IMG/VR virus record: IMGVR_UViG_3300045988_107955
Strand: one strand, 5' to 3'
Origin: a virus
Length of the DNA stretch: 48,678 nt
Shown here one piece after another: positions 9,544 through 18,164 of this stretch. The notes beneath the pieces are model-generated. The model made no database searches. It worked only from the letters and a program-made list of their open reading frames with translations, and had not been told where the DNA came from. Each line of letters begins with the position of its first letter. The first letter of the stretch is position 1. The translations under genes and the position numbers were made by a program.

Positions 9544-10691
9544 TAAATTTGTCCTCCTGAACGAATACCATTATACCCTTTAGGCATCATGTTTGTAGGT
9601 TCTGCCTTTTGTGTAACTGATACTACGTTAGCTTCTTCACTGTTAAGCAATTTATTTAGTTCATCCACTACTGACTGTGATTTAGAACTTTTAGCTACAA
9701 GTTTTTTGTTGTCTTTTTCCAAAGCTTCTACTTTAGCTTTAAGTTCTTCATTTTCAGCTCTGAGTGATTGAATTTCAGTAAGAGCTTGTGTAAGCAATTC
9801 TGTAGTTTGGTCTACAACTTCTTCAGTTTCTTCCTCAACTACTTCTTCTGCTTCCTCTACAACCTCTTCAGAGGTGTCTAATTTCTCTTCTGAGCCTTCT
9901 TTTACCTCTTCAGGTGTATTTGTACCTTCTACCTCTTCATCAGCCTTAGAAGGCTCTTCAGGGGCTTCTACAACCTCTTCTACAGTTTCTACAGATTCAT
10001 TATCTACAGAATTGTTTGCTAGAAGAGATTTTACCTTTTCAAAGAATGTCTTATCCATAGGAGTTCCTTTCATTTCATTTAGTAATTGTAAAGTCTCTAG
10101 CTGTTTCCCTGTAGTAGATACCATAGCTACAAGGTCTTCTACACCTTCTACAGATTCCTCTGTATCATTGAAGATATTGTCCACAAACCCTAGCTCTAAA
10201 GCCTGGTCTGAAGTAAGCCATGTCTCTTTGAACATCATATCAAGGATTTCATCTTCACTGAGACCAGTCTTTTTCATATACACTTTAGCAATAGACCTTT
10301 CAGTAGAGTCAAGCATGTTTAGTGAGCGTTCAAGACTCAACTTGTCTACTACATCTTCATTTCTAAAGTGTGGTTGGTGAATCATGATTTGTGCTTGGTG
10401 TGAGATATTTACTTCATCTGCTCCAAGCATGAATACTGAAGCGATAGATGCAGATAAACTTGTAATGTTTACTACAACTCTACCACTGTAGCTTGAAAGC
10501 ATAGTGTAGATTTCACTACCTGCATTAACTGAACCACCACCTGAGTTAAGATTGAAGATAACTTCTTCACCACCTGCTTCAGCTAGGATTTTCTCAACGT
10601 TTTTAGCTGAGATGTAGTCCTGCTCTAAAGCTTCCATGAACAAAGCACCTTCAGAATCAACTACAGTACCTGCTAGTCTATATGTTCTCAT
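9543..10691 (-). CDS. Prohead protease (ClpP/S14-like) fused to an acidic coiled-coil scaffold-like domain
   Basis: ClpP-type signatures are present: NSGGGSVNAGSEIY, ASIASVFMLGAD, IMIHQP. They are followed by a tail of about 180 aa rich in Glu with coiled-coil sequence (LRAENEELKAKVEALEKDNKKL). I moved the start to ATG 10691 because AAGGAGG lies 6 nt upstream; the track start at 10712 lacks an RBS. Confidence 0.8.
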   Translation of the reverse strand: MRTYRLAGTVVDSEGALFMEALEQDYISAKNVEKILAEAGGEEVIFNLNSGGGSVNAGSEIYTMLSSYSGRVVVNITSLSASIASVFMLGADEVNISHQAQIMIHQPHFRNEDVVDKLSLERSLNMLDSTERSIAKVYMKKTGLSEDEILDMMFKETWLTSDQALELGFVDNIFNDTEESVEGVEDLVAMVSTTGKQLETLQLLNEMKGTPMDKTFFEKVKSLLANNSVDNESVETVEEVVEAPEEPSKADEEVEGTNTPEEVKEGSEEKLDTSEEVVEEAEEVVEEETEEVVDQTTELLTQALTEIQSLRAENEELKAKVEALEKDNKKLVAKSSKSQSVVDELNKLLNSEEANVVSVTQKAEPTNMMPKGYNGIRSGGQI

Positions 10692-10692
10692 G

Positions 10693-10995
10693 TTAGACCT
10701 CCTTAAAGTCAAATAGGTGTACTTCTAGTTTAATAACTCTTCCACCACAAGCTTGACAAGGAACTGGGTTATAAAGAACACCAATACTGTCTAACCAAGC
10801 ACGGTTACTAGCATTGTCAGGGAATCTTTGAGTAAGTCCTTTAATTGACTTAATAAGAGCTACATCTTCAGTCTCATAAGTAGAACCATACTCAAACCTA
10901 ACATTTTTAAGCTTAACAATATTACCATCTAAATAATTTACTCTGAAGGTCTTACCGTCAGGAAACAGTTTTGACAGTGTATATTTAAGCTTCAT
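10693..10995 (-). CDS. Hypothetical protein (100 aa)
   Basis: An ORF in the head module with a C-terminal CQACGG pair. No family recognised. Confidence 0.5.
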   Translation of the reverse strand: MKLKYTLSKLFPDGKTFRVNYLDGNIVKLKNVRFEYGSTYETEDVALIKSIKGLTQRFPDNASNRAWLDSIGVLYNPVPCQACGGRVIKLEVHLFDFKEV

Positions 10996-11161
10996 CCTTC
11001 TTAGTTCCCTTTACCTTTTTACTTCCAATTTCTTCAGGTGTAACTACCTCTGCAATACCAGAATCAAGACCAAGTTGTCTTTCTCTACGCTCTTGTAGTG
11101 CAAGTTGGTATTCATCTGTAATTTGAGGAAGTTCTACCTCAACTTCTTTTTTCTTAGCCAT
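10985..11161 (-). CDS. Small hypothetical protein (58 aa), below the ORF-track cutoff
   Basis: Hand translation gives MAKKKEVEVELPQITDEYQLALQERRERQLGLDSGIAEVVTPEEIGSKKVKGTKKDEA. It fills an otherwise empty gap, and its stop overlaps the next gene's start by 11 nt. Confidence 0.5.
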   Translation of the reverse strand: MAKKKEVEVELPQITDEYQLALQERRERQLGLDSGIAEVVTPEEIGSKKVKGTKKDEA

Positions 11162-11172
11162 AGATGCACCTC

Positions 11173-11502
11173 TTAAAGAGTTCCTGTATTACCTACTAGT
11201 GTATCAGAAGTACCTGGTGTAACTGCAGTGTCTTCTTCATCACCAATGTTACAAGGTTTACACCATTTACAAGGCATTTCTTCTTTTTCTTCCACTTCGT
11301 TTGGAAGTCGTTTCCAAGTATCACCACAACACATGAAGATTCCTTGGACTTGCTTAGTAGCAGGGTCAGTGTAGTTAATAGCTACAGAACCTTGACCATC
11401 CCAAGCTGTCAAACGTTGTAGAGCAGTCTGAGCTTCAGTACCCTTAAGAGTAATTTTTTCTCCATTGTGAGTAAGCTCTACTTTAGCTGTGATTACTTTC
11501 AT
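11173..11502 (-). CDS. Hypothetical protein with a C-terminal Cys cluster (109 aa)
   Basis: ATG at 11502 with GGAGG 6 nt upstream. Cys cluster: CC...C-x2-C-x2-C (MCCGD...PCKWCKPC). Confidence 0.5.
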   Translation of the reverse strand: MKVITAKVELTHNGEKITLKGTEAQTALQRLTAWDGQGSVAINYTDPATKQVQGIFMCCGDTWKRLPNEVEEKEEMPCKWCKPCNIGDEEDTAVTPGTSDTLVGNTGTL

Positions 11503-11531
11503 CACATACCTCCGATTATTTTAATTACTGG

Positions 11532-12086
11532 TTAAAATAGCTCATCTAAACTAATACCAGTAGATGTACCTGTGTTTTTATAGTGAGTAATCACTTCATA
11601 CATCTGTTTTGCATCATCATTAGTAAGTTGGTCTTTAAAGTCATTGATGAAGTCTTGTTCTGATACATTCTCTACTTTAAGTACAGCATACTTATCAGCT
11701 TTTCCTTCTTTGACTTTACCAATTACATAGGACAGAACAGATGGAGTATAAATACTTCCTTGTGATTGCTCAGTACAAGCTCTATAGTCAACTACAATAG
11801 AGATTGTTTTAGCTTCTTTATTAACTTTGATACGGTTGATAAAGGCAATTGATTCATTAACTACAAGTCTCTCTCTTGGAGTTGAAGTCAAATACCCTTG
11901 GCTATCAGTTTGTGGTACTTTAATAGCGTTTCCTGCAGGTTCAAGACCATTCTTTCTAACCTGCTCATCAAGTTTATTAAGTTCCACATAGTTTTCCATA
12001 GTGTATACTTTAGCATCATCAATTTTACCAAGTGATTTTACTTCACTATACTTACCATCAAAGAACTCTTTCAAACTTCCTGACAT
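11532..12086 (-). CDS. Hypothetical head-module protein (184 aa)
   Basis: ORF with compact spacing to its neighbours. No motif recognised. Confidence 0.5.
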   Translation of the reverse strand: MSGSLKEFFDGKYSEVKSLGKIDDAKVYTMENYVELNKLDEQVRKNGLEPAGNAIKVPQTDSQGYLTSTPRERLVVNESIAFINRIKVNKEAKTISIVVDYRACTEQSQGSIYTPSVLSYVIGKVKEGKADKYAVLKVENVSEQDFINDFKDQLTNDDAKQMYEVITHYKNTGTSTGISLDELF

Positions 12087-12089
12087 TGT

Positions 12090-12515
12090 TTAATTCCTTT
12101 CATACATTGACATTAGTGCTTCCTGTTCAGGAGCAAACTTACTTTCTTTCTCTTCAGTAACCATTTCAGCTACCATATCTGCAGTGATATTGTAGATGTA
12201 GTTGTTTTCATAATGAATTATCTTAGGTTTATTATCCTTCATGCTATCTTGCTGATAACCGAACTCAGTAACACCTTCATTGTGTATACATACAAAAGAT
12301 ACTATAACCATTGGTAGAGACCAATTCTCATATATATCTTTAGGAGATGTACCAAAGTGTTTACCAATCCTAAGACAGTAGGCAAAGTAATCATCAATAG
12401 GAGTGTCATAGTATTTACTATCTACTTCCTTTGTTACTTTACCATTTACATCATCATAGACTAACTTCTGTACCCTACTAAGTGTCTCATTGAAAAAACC
12501 CTGAGTTTTTATCAA
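12090..12515 (-). CDS. Hypothetical protein (141 aa); start uncertain
   Basis: The ORF track start is a TTG with no clear RBS, and it overlaps the upstream gene by 29 nt. Confidence 0.4.
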   Translation of the reverse strand: MIKTQGFFNETLSRVQKLVYDDVNGKVTKEVDSKYYDTPIDDYFAYCLRIGKHFGTSPKDIYENWSLPMVIVSFVCIHNEGVTEFGYQQDSMKDNKPKIIHYENNYIYNITADMVAEMVTEEKESKFAPEQEALMSMYERN

Positions 12516-13020
12516 TAAGCTTACTAGACAGAACTACAAGTGATTCATCACTCAAATATTCCATGTCATAGTCACTGATACCAAGTCCATACTGTACTAG
12601 TGTTTCCATAGCATCTACTACTTCATCACTGAGTTTAGAATATACTTCAGTAACTTCTGATAGAGACATAATTTCTTGCTCACCAGTAGATGTATTTACT
12701 TTTGAGAAGTAAAGGATAAGTGTAGTTACAGCATGACGAACTCTACGAGCTTTACGAGGTGTAATAGATACCCCTTTAAATACACGAATAACTTCTCTGC
12801 CTTCATCTGTGTCAGTGTAATTACCCTGGATAGCAAAGTTCTTAGGATAGATAAACTTGGCTTCATAATCAGATTCAGCATCAATGTTATTGACATCACC
12901 TACAACTACAGGGGAGTCATTACTTCCTATAGCCATGAAAGGTTGGTCTTGTCGTTGTGCTTGCTCAATAGCTTCAATCATGCCATGCTGAGCATTTTTG
13001 TCAAAATTGATTGTTGTCAT
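12487..13020 (-). CDS. Hypothetical protein downstream of portal (177 aa)
   Basis: Translationally coupled to the portal gene by a 4-nt overlap. It occupies the position of a minor head protein. Confidence 0.45.
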   Translation of the reverse strand: MTTINFDKNAQHGMIEAIEQAQRQDQPFMAIGSNDSPVVVGDVNNIDAESDYEAKFIYPKNFAIQGNYTDTDEGREVIRVFKGVSITPRKARRVRHAVTTLILYFSKVNTSTGEQEIMSLSEVTEVYSKLSDEVVDAMETLVQYGLGISDYDMEYLSDESLVVLSSKLIDKNSGFFQ

Positions 13021-14351
13021 TGTTCCCCCTCTAGAAGATGTTTATAAAGGTATTCTTTAGCTTCTTCAGTATACCCTGCTTCATGGATACGTTCAAAGGT
13101 TTGTGACATGAAATTATCTTTTTCATAGTCATAGTAATCTTTAGTTTCTTGGTTTTTGAACCTAAAAGTGTAACCTTCATAACCCATAAGCCTGATTACT
13201 TCAGTAAGCTTGACTGCAATCTTATCTCTCCAAGGAATAACCTTGTGGATGATGAATGTCTTAATGACTTCATCCTTACCAATATTCCCTGTACCTGCAT
13301 CCAAGTCAAATACCTGTGGTGAAACACCATAAATTTGACAAGAGAAGCGTGTAGCATGGATTGATAAGAGGTTTAGGTAATCACTAGGTTTAGAATCCCT
13401 AGTCAACTGTTCCATATCACTGAAGATGTCTGAATAAATGATTGAATCATTGTACTCTACATTGGCTAGCATGTCTGCTAGTGATTTTACGTTGTCTTTT
13501 CTGACATCCTCATTGAATACAGCGTTAGAATTACTTGTATCAAAGATTTTAGCCGAAGTTGAAGGGTTTCCATCATTCTTCATCTTAGAAAGCATTGTTT
13601 CATTGTGTTTAAATGCCAATGTACCAACACCATTACGTTGAAAATCATGAATAAAGTAATCTAAGAGCTTAAGGATAAGATGAGTACGCTTTTTATCGTT
13701 CTCAAATGGGCTAACACCAATGAATGAACCATCCATAGTGATATTTGTGAAGTCTTCTGAGGTTAAAGCTATAGAATCCTTGTCATTTGAGACAATATTA
13801 CCATCATCATCAATGTAAAACCTATCATCTACCACTTCTTCAGAAGCCCTTATCCAGATATTCTTACGATTTAAGCTATGATACCGTCTTAGAATGTAGA
13901 TGAAGGGCATGTAAACAAGTGGAATTTCTTCAGATTCTCTAAAAATGATGTCATAAGAGTTCTTAGGAACAATCATAATACTATCTTTATGACCATTATG
14001 AGCTTGTTTTGCAGGAATCTTTCTTACACCTACAGCACCTTGTTCAAAAAGCTCTCTTGTAAGCTGTTTAAACATGTCTATAACTGTAATTCCTTGGATA
14101 TTTTGGGAATCTAGCATGTCTCTGAGAGTTTCACCCTCAATAGAGCTATCTTCATCCTTAACAAGCTCCATATCACCTGCAAAGATGTAGTCAACAATAC
14201 CTTCAAGAATAGTGTTAATACCTGGCATATTAGTTACTAGGTATTGCACTTGTTCATAGGTAAGTGTATCATCCATCTCATTTAGCTGTGAAGGAATCCC
14301 TATACTGTCTTTAATAAGGAGTTCATAGCCAGTTTTTCTATCAATTTCCAC
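13017..14351 (-). CDS. Portal protein
   Basis: 444 aa, immediately downstream of the large terminase with a shared base at 14351. Size and position are typical of a portal. No direct motif. Confidence 0.65.
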   Translation of the reverse strand: MEIDRKTGYELLIKDSIGIPSQLNEMDDTLTYEQVQYLVTNMPGINTILEGIVDYIFAGDMELVKDEDSSIEGETLRDMLDSQNIQGITVIDMFKQLTRELFEQGAVGVRKIPAKQAHNGHKDSIMIVPKNSYDIIFRESEEIPLVYMPFIYILRRYHSLNRKNIWIRASEEVVDDRFYIDDDGNIVSNDKDSIALTSEDFTNITMDGSFIGVSPFENDKKRTHLILKLLDYFIHDFQRNGVGTLAFKHNETMLSKMKNDGNPSTSAKIFDTSNSNAVFNEDVRKDNVKSLADMLANVEYNDSIIYSDIFSDMEQLTRDSKPSDYLNLLSIHATRFSCQIYGVSPQVFDLDAGTGNIGKDEVIKTFIIHKVIPWRDKIAVKLTEVIRLMGYEGYTFRFKNQETKDYYDYEKDNFMSQTFERIHEAGYTEEAKEYLYKHLLEGEQ

Positions 14352-15952
14352 TAATTACCTCCTTCTACACCAAGTATATATAGTTCTAGAGCATGTACAG
14401 CTAGAATAACAGCATCTAGGTCATCAGGAGACCTCTTCAGCACTTGTCTAATGACATCTTTACCAATTAGGGTAACTTTATCAAGCTCTTTGTTTTTAAG
14501 CTGTATAGCTCTCATCTGAGTCAATAGAGTTTCCTTAATTTCAGAAGCAAACACAACTTTATTTTCTTGCATAAGCTGTCTGAGAACTAAGTGCATCTCT
14601 GCTCTTCTATTTCTAGCCATTAATGCAGTATCTACATGACTTGCTACCTTCTCAGGTGTAGGTCTTCCACCAAAGTCAATAGGATATATAGTCACCCTGT
14701 CAAAGGATGGTCTATTCATCATCTCGACAATCAAGTGAGAACCTTGTCCTGTATCAATAGCAAGTGATACTACATTGTACTTCATAACTACACGCTCTAT
14801 ACCGTCTACAATTTCTCTTGTAGACCTTGCATCAGACCATTCATCAGGTCTTAAGTTGATGGTATCAGTAACCCTAACAAGGGCATCCTCTTGGGTGTCA
14901 TACATAGACAGTGCAAGGGTAATACCATCAGAACCTTTATAGGCTGAGTCAATTCCTAGAGCTGATATAGTGCGTGGTGAAATGCTACTAATGTCGTGTC
15001 TAGGAGCTACAATCATTGGAGCATTGAAGAACTCTGAGCTATTTTCATCATACTCACAAAGCAAGTTGATTCTAATAGACTCTTCAGTTCTAGCAAAGTC
15101 AGAAGCAAGTACCTCTTCAGGAGTCATTTTAATTGAGTCTGATTCCATTGAGGTAACTATGTTACCCCAAATAACAAACTCATCATCCTTCAGATTAGGG
15201 TTAGTAACAGATTCATGGAAGTGATTTAAGAAACGAGGGTTACTAATACCAAAAAGGATAAGTGATTCACCATCATCTCTTTCAAATTCACGTCTACCAA
15301 GCTCTGTTAAGGCACGTTCTGAGATAAAGTCCATCTCATCAATAAGAACATGAGAACCTTCACCAATGTTTTCATCTGAGTCCATACTAGAGAATGTATC
15401 CCCTGTAGATTTAGTATCAATCTTGTTACCATTCTTGAAAACAATCCTTGACTTACTATAAGCAGTCTCAGACCGTCCTAGGAGCTTGTCAGCCTTGCTA
15501 ATTGATGCCTTGGACTCTTCTACCAACATGTTCTTCATGTCGATACTAGCCCCTCTCAGATGCCTTCTAGCGTGTTCCATTACTTTGGCTGTCCTAGAAG
15601 ACTTAGATGCAACTACAGACACACTGTAGCTGTGCATGGCTAAATAGTTAGCTAAAGCTCCCATTATAAAGGATTTACCAAACCTAGGAGGTTCAATCAT
15701 GTAACCAGTATGATAGTCACCTGATATTAAAGCTCCAATAGCTAAAGCCTGGTCAAAGTTGAGTTCAATATTCATTTCAGCTAAGAACTCAGTATAACCT
15801 AGCTTAGCATAGTGGATTCTTTTCTCAATAGGTATTGAGTTCCTAATATAAGAGTCTGGATGTGGTATATACCCCTTTAACCAAGGAAGGAGTTCACTTT
15901 TAGGATGGACTTCACCAAGTTTTAGTTCAAGTCTATCCCTCAGTTTCCCCAT
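14351..15952 (-). CDS. terL: Terminase large subunit
   Basis: 533 aa with Walker A PPRFGKSF, Walker B-like HVLIDEMDF and a C-terminal nuclease-like region. It follows a small basic/acidic ORF and precedes the portal. Confidence 0.85.
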   Translation of the reverse strand: MGKLRDRLELKLGEVHPKSELLPWLKGYIPHPDSYIRNSIPIEKRIHYAKLGYTEFLAEMNIELNFDQALAIGALISGDYHTGYMIEPPRFGKSFIMGALANYLAMHSYSVSVVASKSSRTAKVMEHARRHLRGASIDMKNMLVEESKASISKADKLLGRSETAYSKSRIVFKNGNKIDTKSTGDTFSSMDSDENIGEGSHVLIDEMDFISERALTELGRREFERDDGESLILFGISNPRFLNHFHESVTNPNLKDDEFVIWGNIVTSMESDSIKMTPEEVLASDFARTEESIRINLLCEYDENSSEFFNAPMIVAPRHDISSISPRTISALGIDSAYKGSDGITLALSMYDTQEDALVRVTDTINLRPDEWSDARSTREIVDGIERVVMKYNVVSLAIDTGQGSHLIVEMMNRPSFDRVTIYPIDFGGRPTPEKVASHVDTALMARNRRAEMHLVLRQLMQENKVVFASEIKETLLTQMRAIQLKNKELDKVTLIGKDVIRQVLKRSPDDLDAVILAVHALELYILGVEGGN

Positions 15953-16505
15953 CTGTTCCCTCTTCTAGTCTCAATACCTCATCATGTTCTAGTTCTTTCT
16001 GTTCTTCTTTAGAACCTTTACCATAGTCTGCCCAGATATTACCTAGCTCATCAAACTTATCTAGGATAAGCTCCCTTGTAGCTGATGCAGTATTATCACT
16101 ATCATCAGTAACTAGAGCCATAGATACTTCTCTAGATACTGCTTTACCTTCAACTCTATCAGCCCACTCTTTACGTTCATCTGAACTAATCATAGATAGT
16201 TTAGTTTGAACTAAAGCATTAACCCTTGTAGCTGTAGGTACTGGAATATTTTCTACAAATTCTACATCTAGTTTTTTGACTTTATCAACTACAAGAGGGG
16301 CAATGCCCCAAAACATCTCTACTACCTCTAACTGGTCTAGAGACATTTCAGATAAAGCTCTCATTTCTGTAGAATAAGCTCTATTTTTCTTTTTTGATTT
16401 TGGTAGGTCTGAGTGACCATACCAATATTTAGGAAAGGGAATACCTTTACTAAGAAAGTAGTCTCTATCCTTACCTTCAATAGCTAATTTAATTTCATCT
16501 TTCAT
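15933..16505 (-). CDS. Terminase small subunit candidate
   Basis: 190 aa, the first gene of the late operon, overlapping terL by 20 nt. RBS AAAAGGGG lies before the ATG. Function is by position only. Confidence 0.5.
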   Translation of the reverse strand: MKDEIKLAIEGKDRDYFLSKGIPFPKYWYGHSDLPKSKKKNRAYSTEMRALSEMSLDQLEVVEMFWGIAPLVVDKVKKLDVEFVENIPVPTATRVNALVQTKLSMISSDERKEWADRVEGKAVSREVSMALVTDDSDNTASATRELILDKFDELGNIWADYGKGSKEEQKELEHDEVLRLEEGTDGETEG

Positions 16506-16534
16506 AAGTAAACCCCTTTTTACTTGAAATACAA

Positions 16535-16606
16535 TAGTTCCACCAGGAATTGAACCTGGAGTAGAGGTTTAGAAGACCTCTGTGTTATCCGTTACACCAT
16601 AGAACC
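16535..16606 (-). tRNA. tRNA-Arg(UCU): tRNA-Arg, anticodon UCU
   Basis: Hand-folded cloverleaf. Acceptor GGTTCTA/TGGAACT (two G-U pairs), D stem GTGT/ACAC, anticodon stem GAGGT/ACCTC with loop CTTCTAA, T arm CCAGG-TTCAATT-CCTGG, discriminator A. Confidence 0.9.
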
Positions 16607-16610
16607 TAAA

Positions 16611-16641
16611 ATAAAAACCATACTCCTTCCCAGGAGTATGG
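16611..16641 (-). terminator. Intrinsic terminator 4 nt upstream of tRNA-Arg
   Basis: On the minus strand: CCATACTCC-tgggaa-GGAGTATGG (9-bp stem) followed by TTTTTATTTT. Confidence 0.8.
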
Positions 16642-16770
16642 AATCTAGGAAGGAATTACAACGTAAAAATCAACCAATACCAAGGAAATAAATATAGTTA
16701 CTCATTACCCCAAACCATATCTATCTCCTTGCTACTGGTTGGTATTATAATTACTGTAGTTTACCTTCTC

Positions 16771-16841
16771 AGCCCCTAGACGGAATTGAACCGACGATAA
16801 AGCTTTTGCAGAGCCATGCCTTACCTCTTGGCTATAGGGGC
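16771..16841 (-). tRNA. tRNA-Cys(GCA): tRNA-Cys, anticodon GCA
   Basis: Hand-folded. Acceptor GCCCCTA/TAGGGGC, anticodon loop CTGCAAA, T loop TTCAATT with one T-T mismatch in the T stem. Discriminator U, as expected for Cys. Confidence 0.85.
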
Positions 16842-16908
16842 ATCAAGTAACTAATAAAAGTTACTCTAGGAATAAGAAAAAGTTATGAATCCTTTAGGAC
16901 ATACAGTA

Positions 16909-16937
16909 ATTATATATTATATTATTATAATTGTCAA
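16909..16937 (-). promoter_or_regulatory. Consensus sigma70-type promoter upstream of tRNA-Cys
   Basis: On the minus strand: TTGACA, 17-nt spacer, TATAAT. Both hexamers are perfect. Confidence 0.7.
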
Positions 16938-16939
16938 TA

Positions 16940-17765
16940 GTTATTTAGTAATTCTTAGTGATTGAGAGCTACAGACGTGCTTGCATGTCTGTACTCGAAG
17001 AACTTAGAATTACTTATTGATAAACTACAAGGGACATTTAATTAACTACAGAAGTGATTATTATTATTTATCTAATCGCTAGGCTTTGCTTTGGGGCAAG
17101 CCTAGCTAAGTAACTGAATTGGTTTGAAGACTTGCAAAACCAATGAATGTTACGGTTAATGATACTACTAATACTGACACTGACTAATGATAGTAAGAAA
17201 ATCCCCCCCCCCAACAAAAAGCTTGTAATTACTTGGGGTGGGAATAGGGAATACAGACTTCTTCAATCATCATATCTGTAAACTACAAACCTATTTCTGA
17301 GAGCAGACGACCTATCTGATTAATTAGGTTGGGATTAGTTCCCTAAACCACTATCAACAGTAGTGTCCAGTCGGAGAGACTGCTCATACTAAGTAATAAC
17401 TTAGCCTGCCCACCTTGCCAACGTTCACGTTATAGCATTTCAATACCTGTCATATCCACGTTGTGGAGAGTGCTTTTGACACACCTTTAGAGGTATCTTT
17501 ATCAGGTCAATTCCTTTAACTAGTTGCCACTAGTCGCTGGAAGAAGCTCTTTAGATATTCACTATCATGTTATTCCTTTGTTGCTGTTACAACTTAGGCA
17601 GTATAGCTTATTCTCTATTGAGTTTATTCCTCCTTAGCTACAGTGTCTCTGATACGGAGCAGTAGCAAACCTCCGTCACCAATTTTTCCAAGCCTACTTG
17701 AAGGTAAATTGTTAAGTGCGTAATTAAACCTCTGAACTCTGTAGTTCAATCTCTATTTAATTATA
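16940..17765 (-). ncRNA. Large structured non-coding RNA candidate (GOLLD/ROOL-class by context); ends approximate
   Basis: No ORF of 60 or more codons in any frame. It has its own promoter at 17800-17772. Many perfect helices were verified by eye (17078-17106, 17110-17153, 17252-17280, 17368-17382, 17455-17467, 17476-17510, 17519-17534, 17654-17676). tRNA genes follow on the same strand. The strand call rests on promoter and terminator context. Confidence 0.6.
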
Positions 17766-17771
17766 TTTACA

Positions 17772-17800
17772 ATTATAAAACATAAATTTGTAAAAAGCAA
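17772..17800 (-). promoter_or_regulatory. Near-consensus promoter for the large ncRNA locus
   Basis: On the minus strand: TTGCTT, 17-nt spacer, TATAAT. It lies directly downstream of the 17846-17804 terminator. Confidence 0.65.
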
Positions 17801-17803
17801 TAG

Positions 17804-17846
17804 AAAACACAAAAAAGAAAGCACATTCAGAGACAAATGTGCTTTC
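17804..17846 (-). terminator. Intrinsic terminator
   Basis: On the minus strand: GAAAGCACATT-tgtctctg-AATGTGCTTTC (11-bp stem) followed by TTTTTTGTGTTTTC. Confidence 0.8.
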
Positions 17847-17872
17847 TGAGGTTTGATTACGCATATTTATTA
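17808..17872 (-). ncRNA. Very short ORF-free transcription unit (about 60 nt) between promoter 17907-17879 and terminator 17846-17804
   Basis: Defined only by the flanking near-consensus promoter and the strong terminator. It has no start codon or RBS. Confidence 0.35.
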
Positions 17873-17878
17873 TAACCT

Positions 17879-17907
17879 ACTATTTTAAATAAGTCAACAC
17901 TTAAATA
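17879..17907 (-). promoter_or_regulatory. Near-consensus sigma70-type promoter
   Basis: On the minus strand: TTGACT, 17-nt spacer, TATAAT. Confidence 0.65.
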
Positions 17908-17916
17908 TAAAAAAGT

Positions 17917-17951
17917 ACAGTGTTGGATGTCTGTACTTTTTAACATGAAAT
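17917..17951. terminator. Bidirectional intrinsic terminator
   Basis: AAAAGTACAG-tgttggatgt-CTGTACTTTT, with an A-run upstream and a T-run downstream, so a U-run follows the hairpin on either strand. Confidence 0.7.
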
Positions 17952-18058
17952 AAGGAGACTTTATTATCAAGAATAGATATTAAAGTTGATATAAAATGCC
18001 AGTGTTGATGCTTACAAATCATCACTTCTAATTTATATTTGAACTATTATTAGCTCAT
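17920..18058 (-). ncRNA. Short ORF-free transcription unit (about 140 nt), candidate sRNA
   Basis: Bounded by promoter 18093-18065 and terminator 17951-17917. The only ATG-initiated frame lacks an RBS and would run through the terminator. Confidence 0.3.
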
Positions 18059-18064
18059 AGCTAT

Positions 18065-18093
18065 ATGATACATCAAAAAAGGGTCTAAGTCAA
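18065..18093 (-). promoter_or_regulatory. Near-consensus promoter whose -35 lies inside the preceding terminator hairpin
   Basis: On the minus strand: TTGACT, 17-nt spacer, TATCAT. Confidence 0.5.
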
Positions 18094-18104
18094 TACTTAA
18101 ACCC
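18075..18104 (-). terminator. Intrinsic terminator
   Basis: On the minus strand: GGGTTTAAG-tattga-CTTAGACCC followed by TTTTTT. One pair (plus-strand 18085/18100) is G-U on the minus-strand RNA but a C-A mismatch on the plus strand. Confidence 0.75.
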
Positions 18105-18164
18105 AATTTCAACAGAAAAATTAACTTAAAGGCATTTAAAGTGGCTTTCCTTCAACTACCGTAA
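18078..18164 (-). ncRNA. Short ORF-free transcription unit (about 85 nt), candidate sRNA
   Basis: It starts about 7 nt after a perfect TTGACA-16-TATAAT promoter. It contains hairpin TTAACTTA...TAAGTTAA and ends at the 18104-18075 terminator. Confidence 0.4.
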
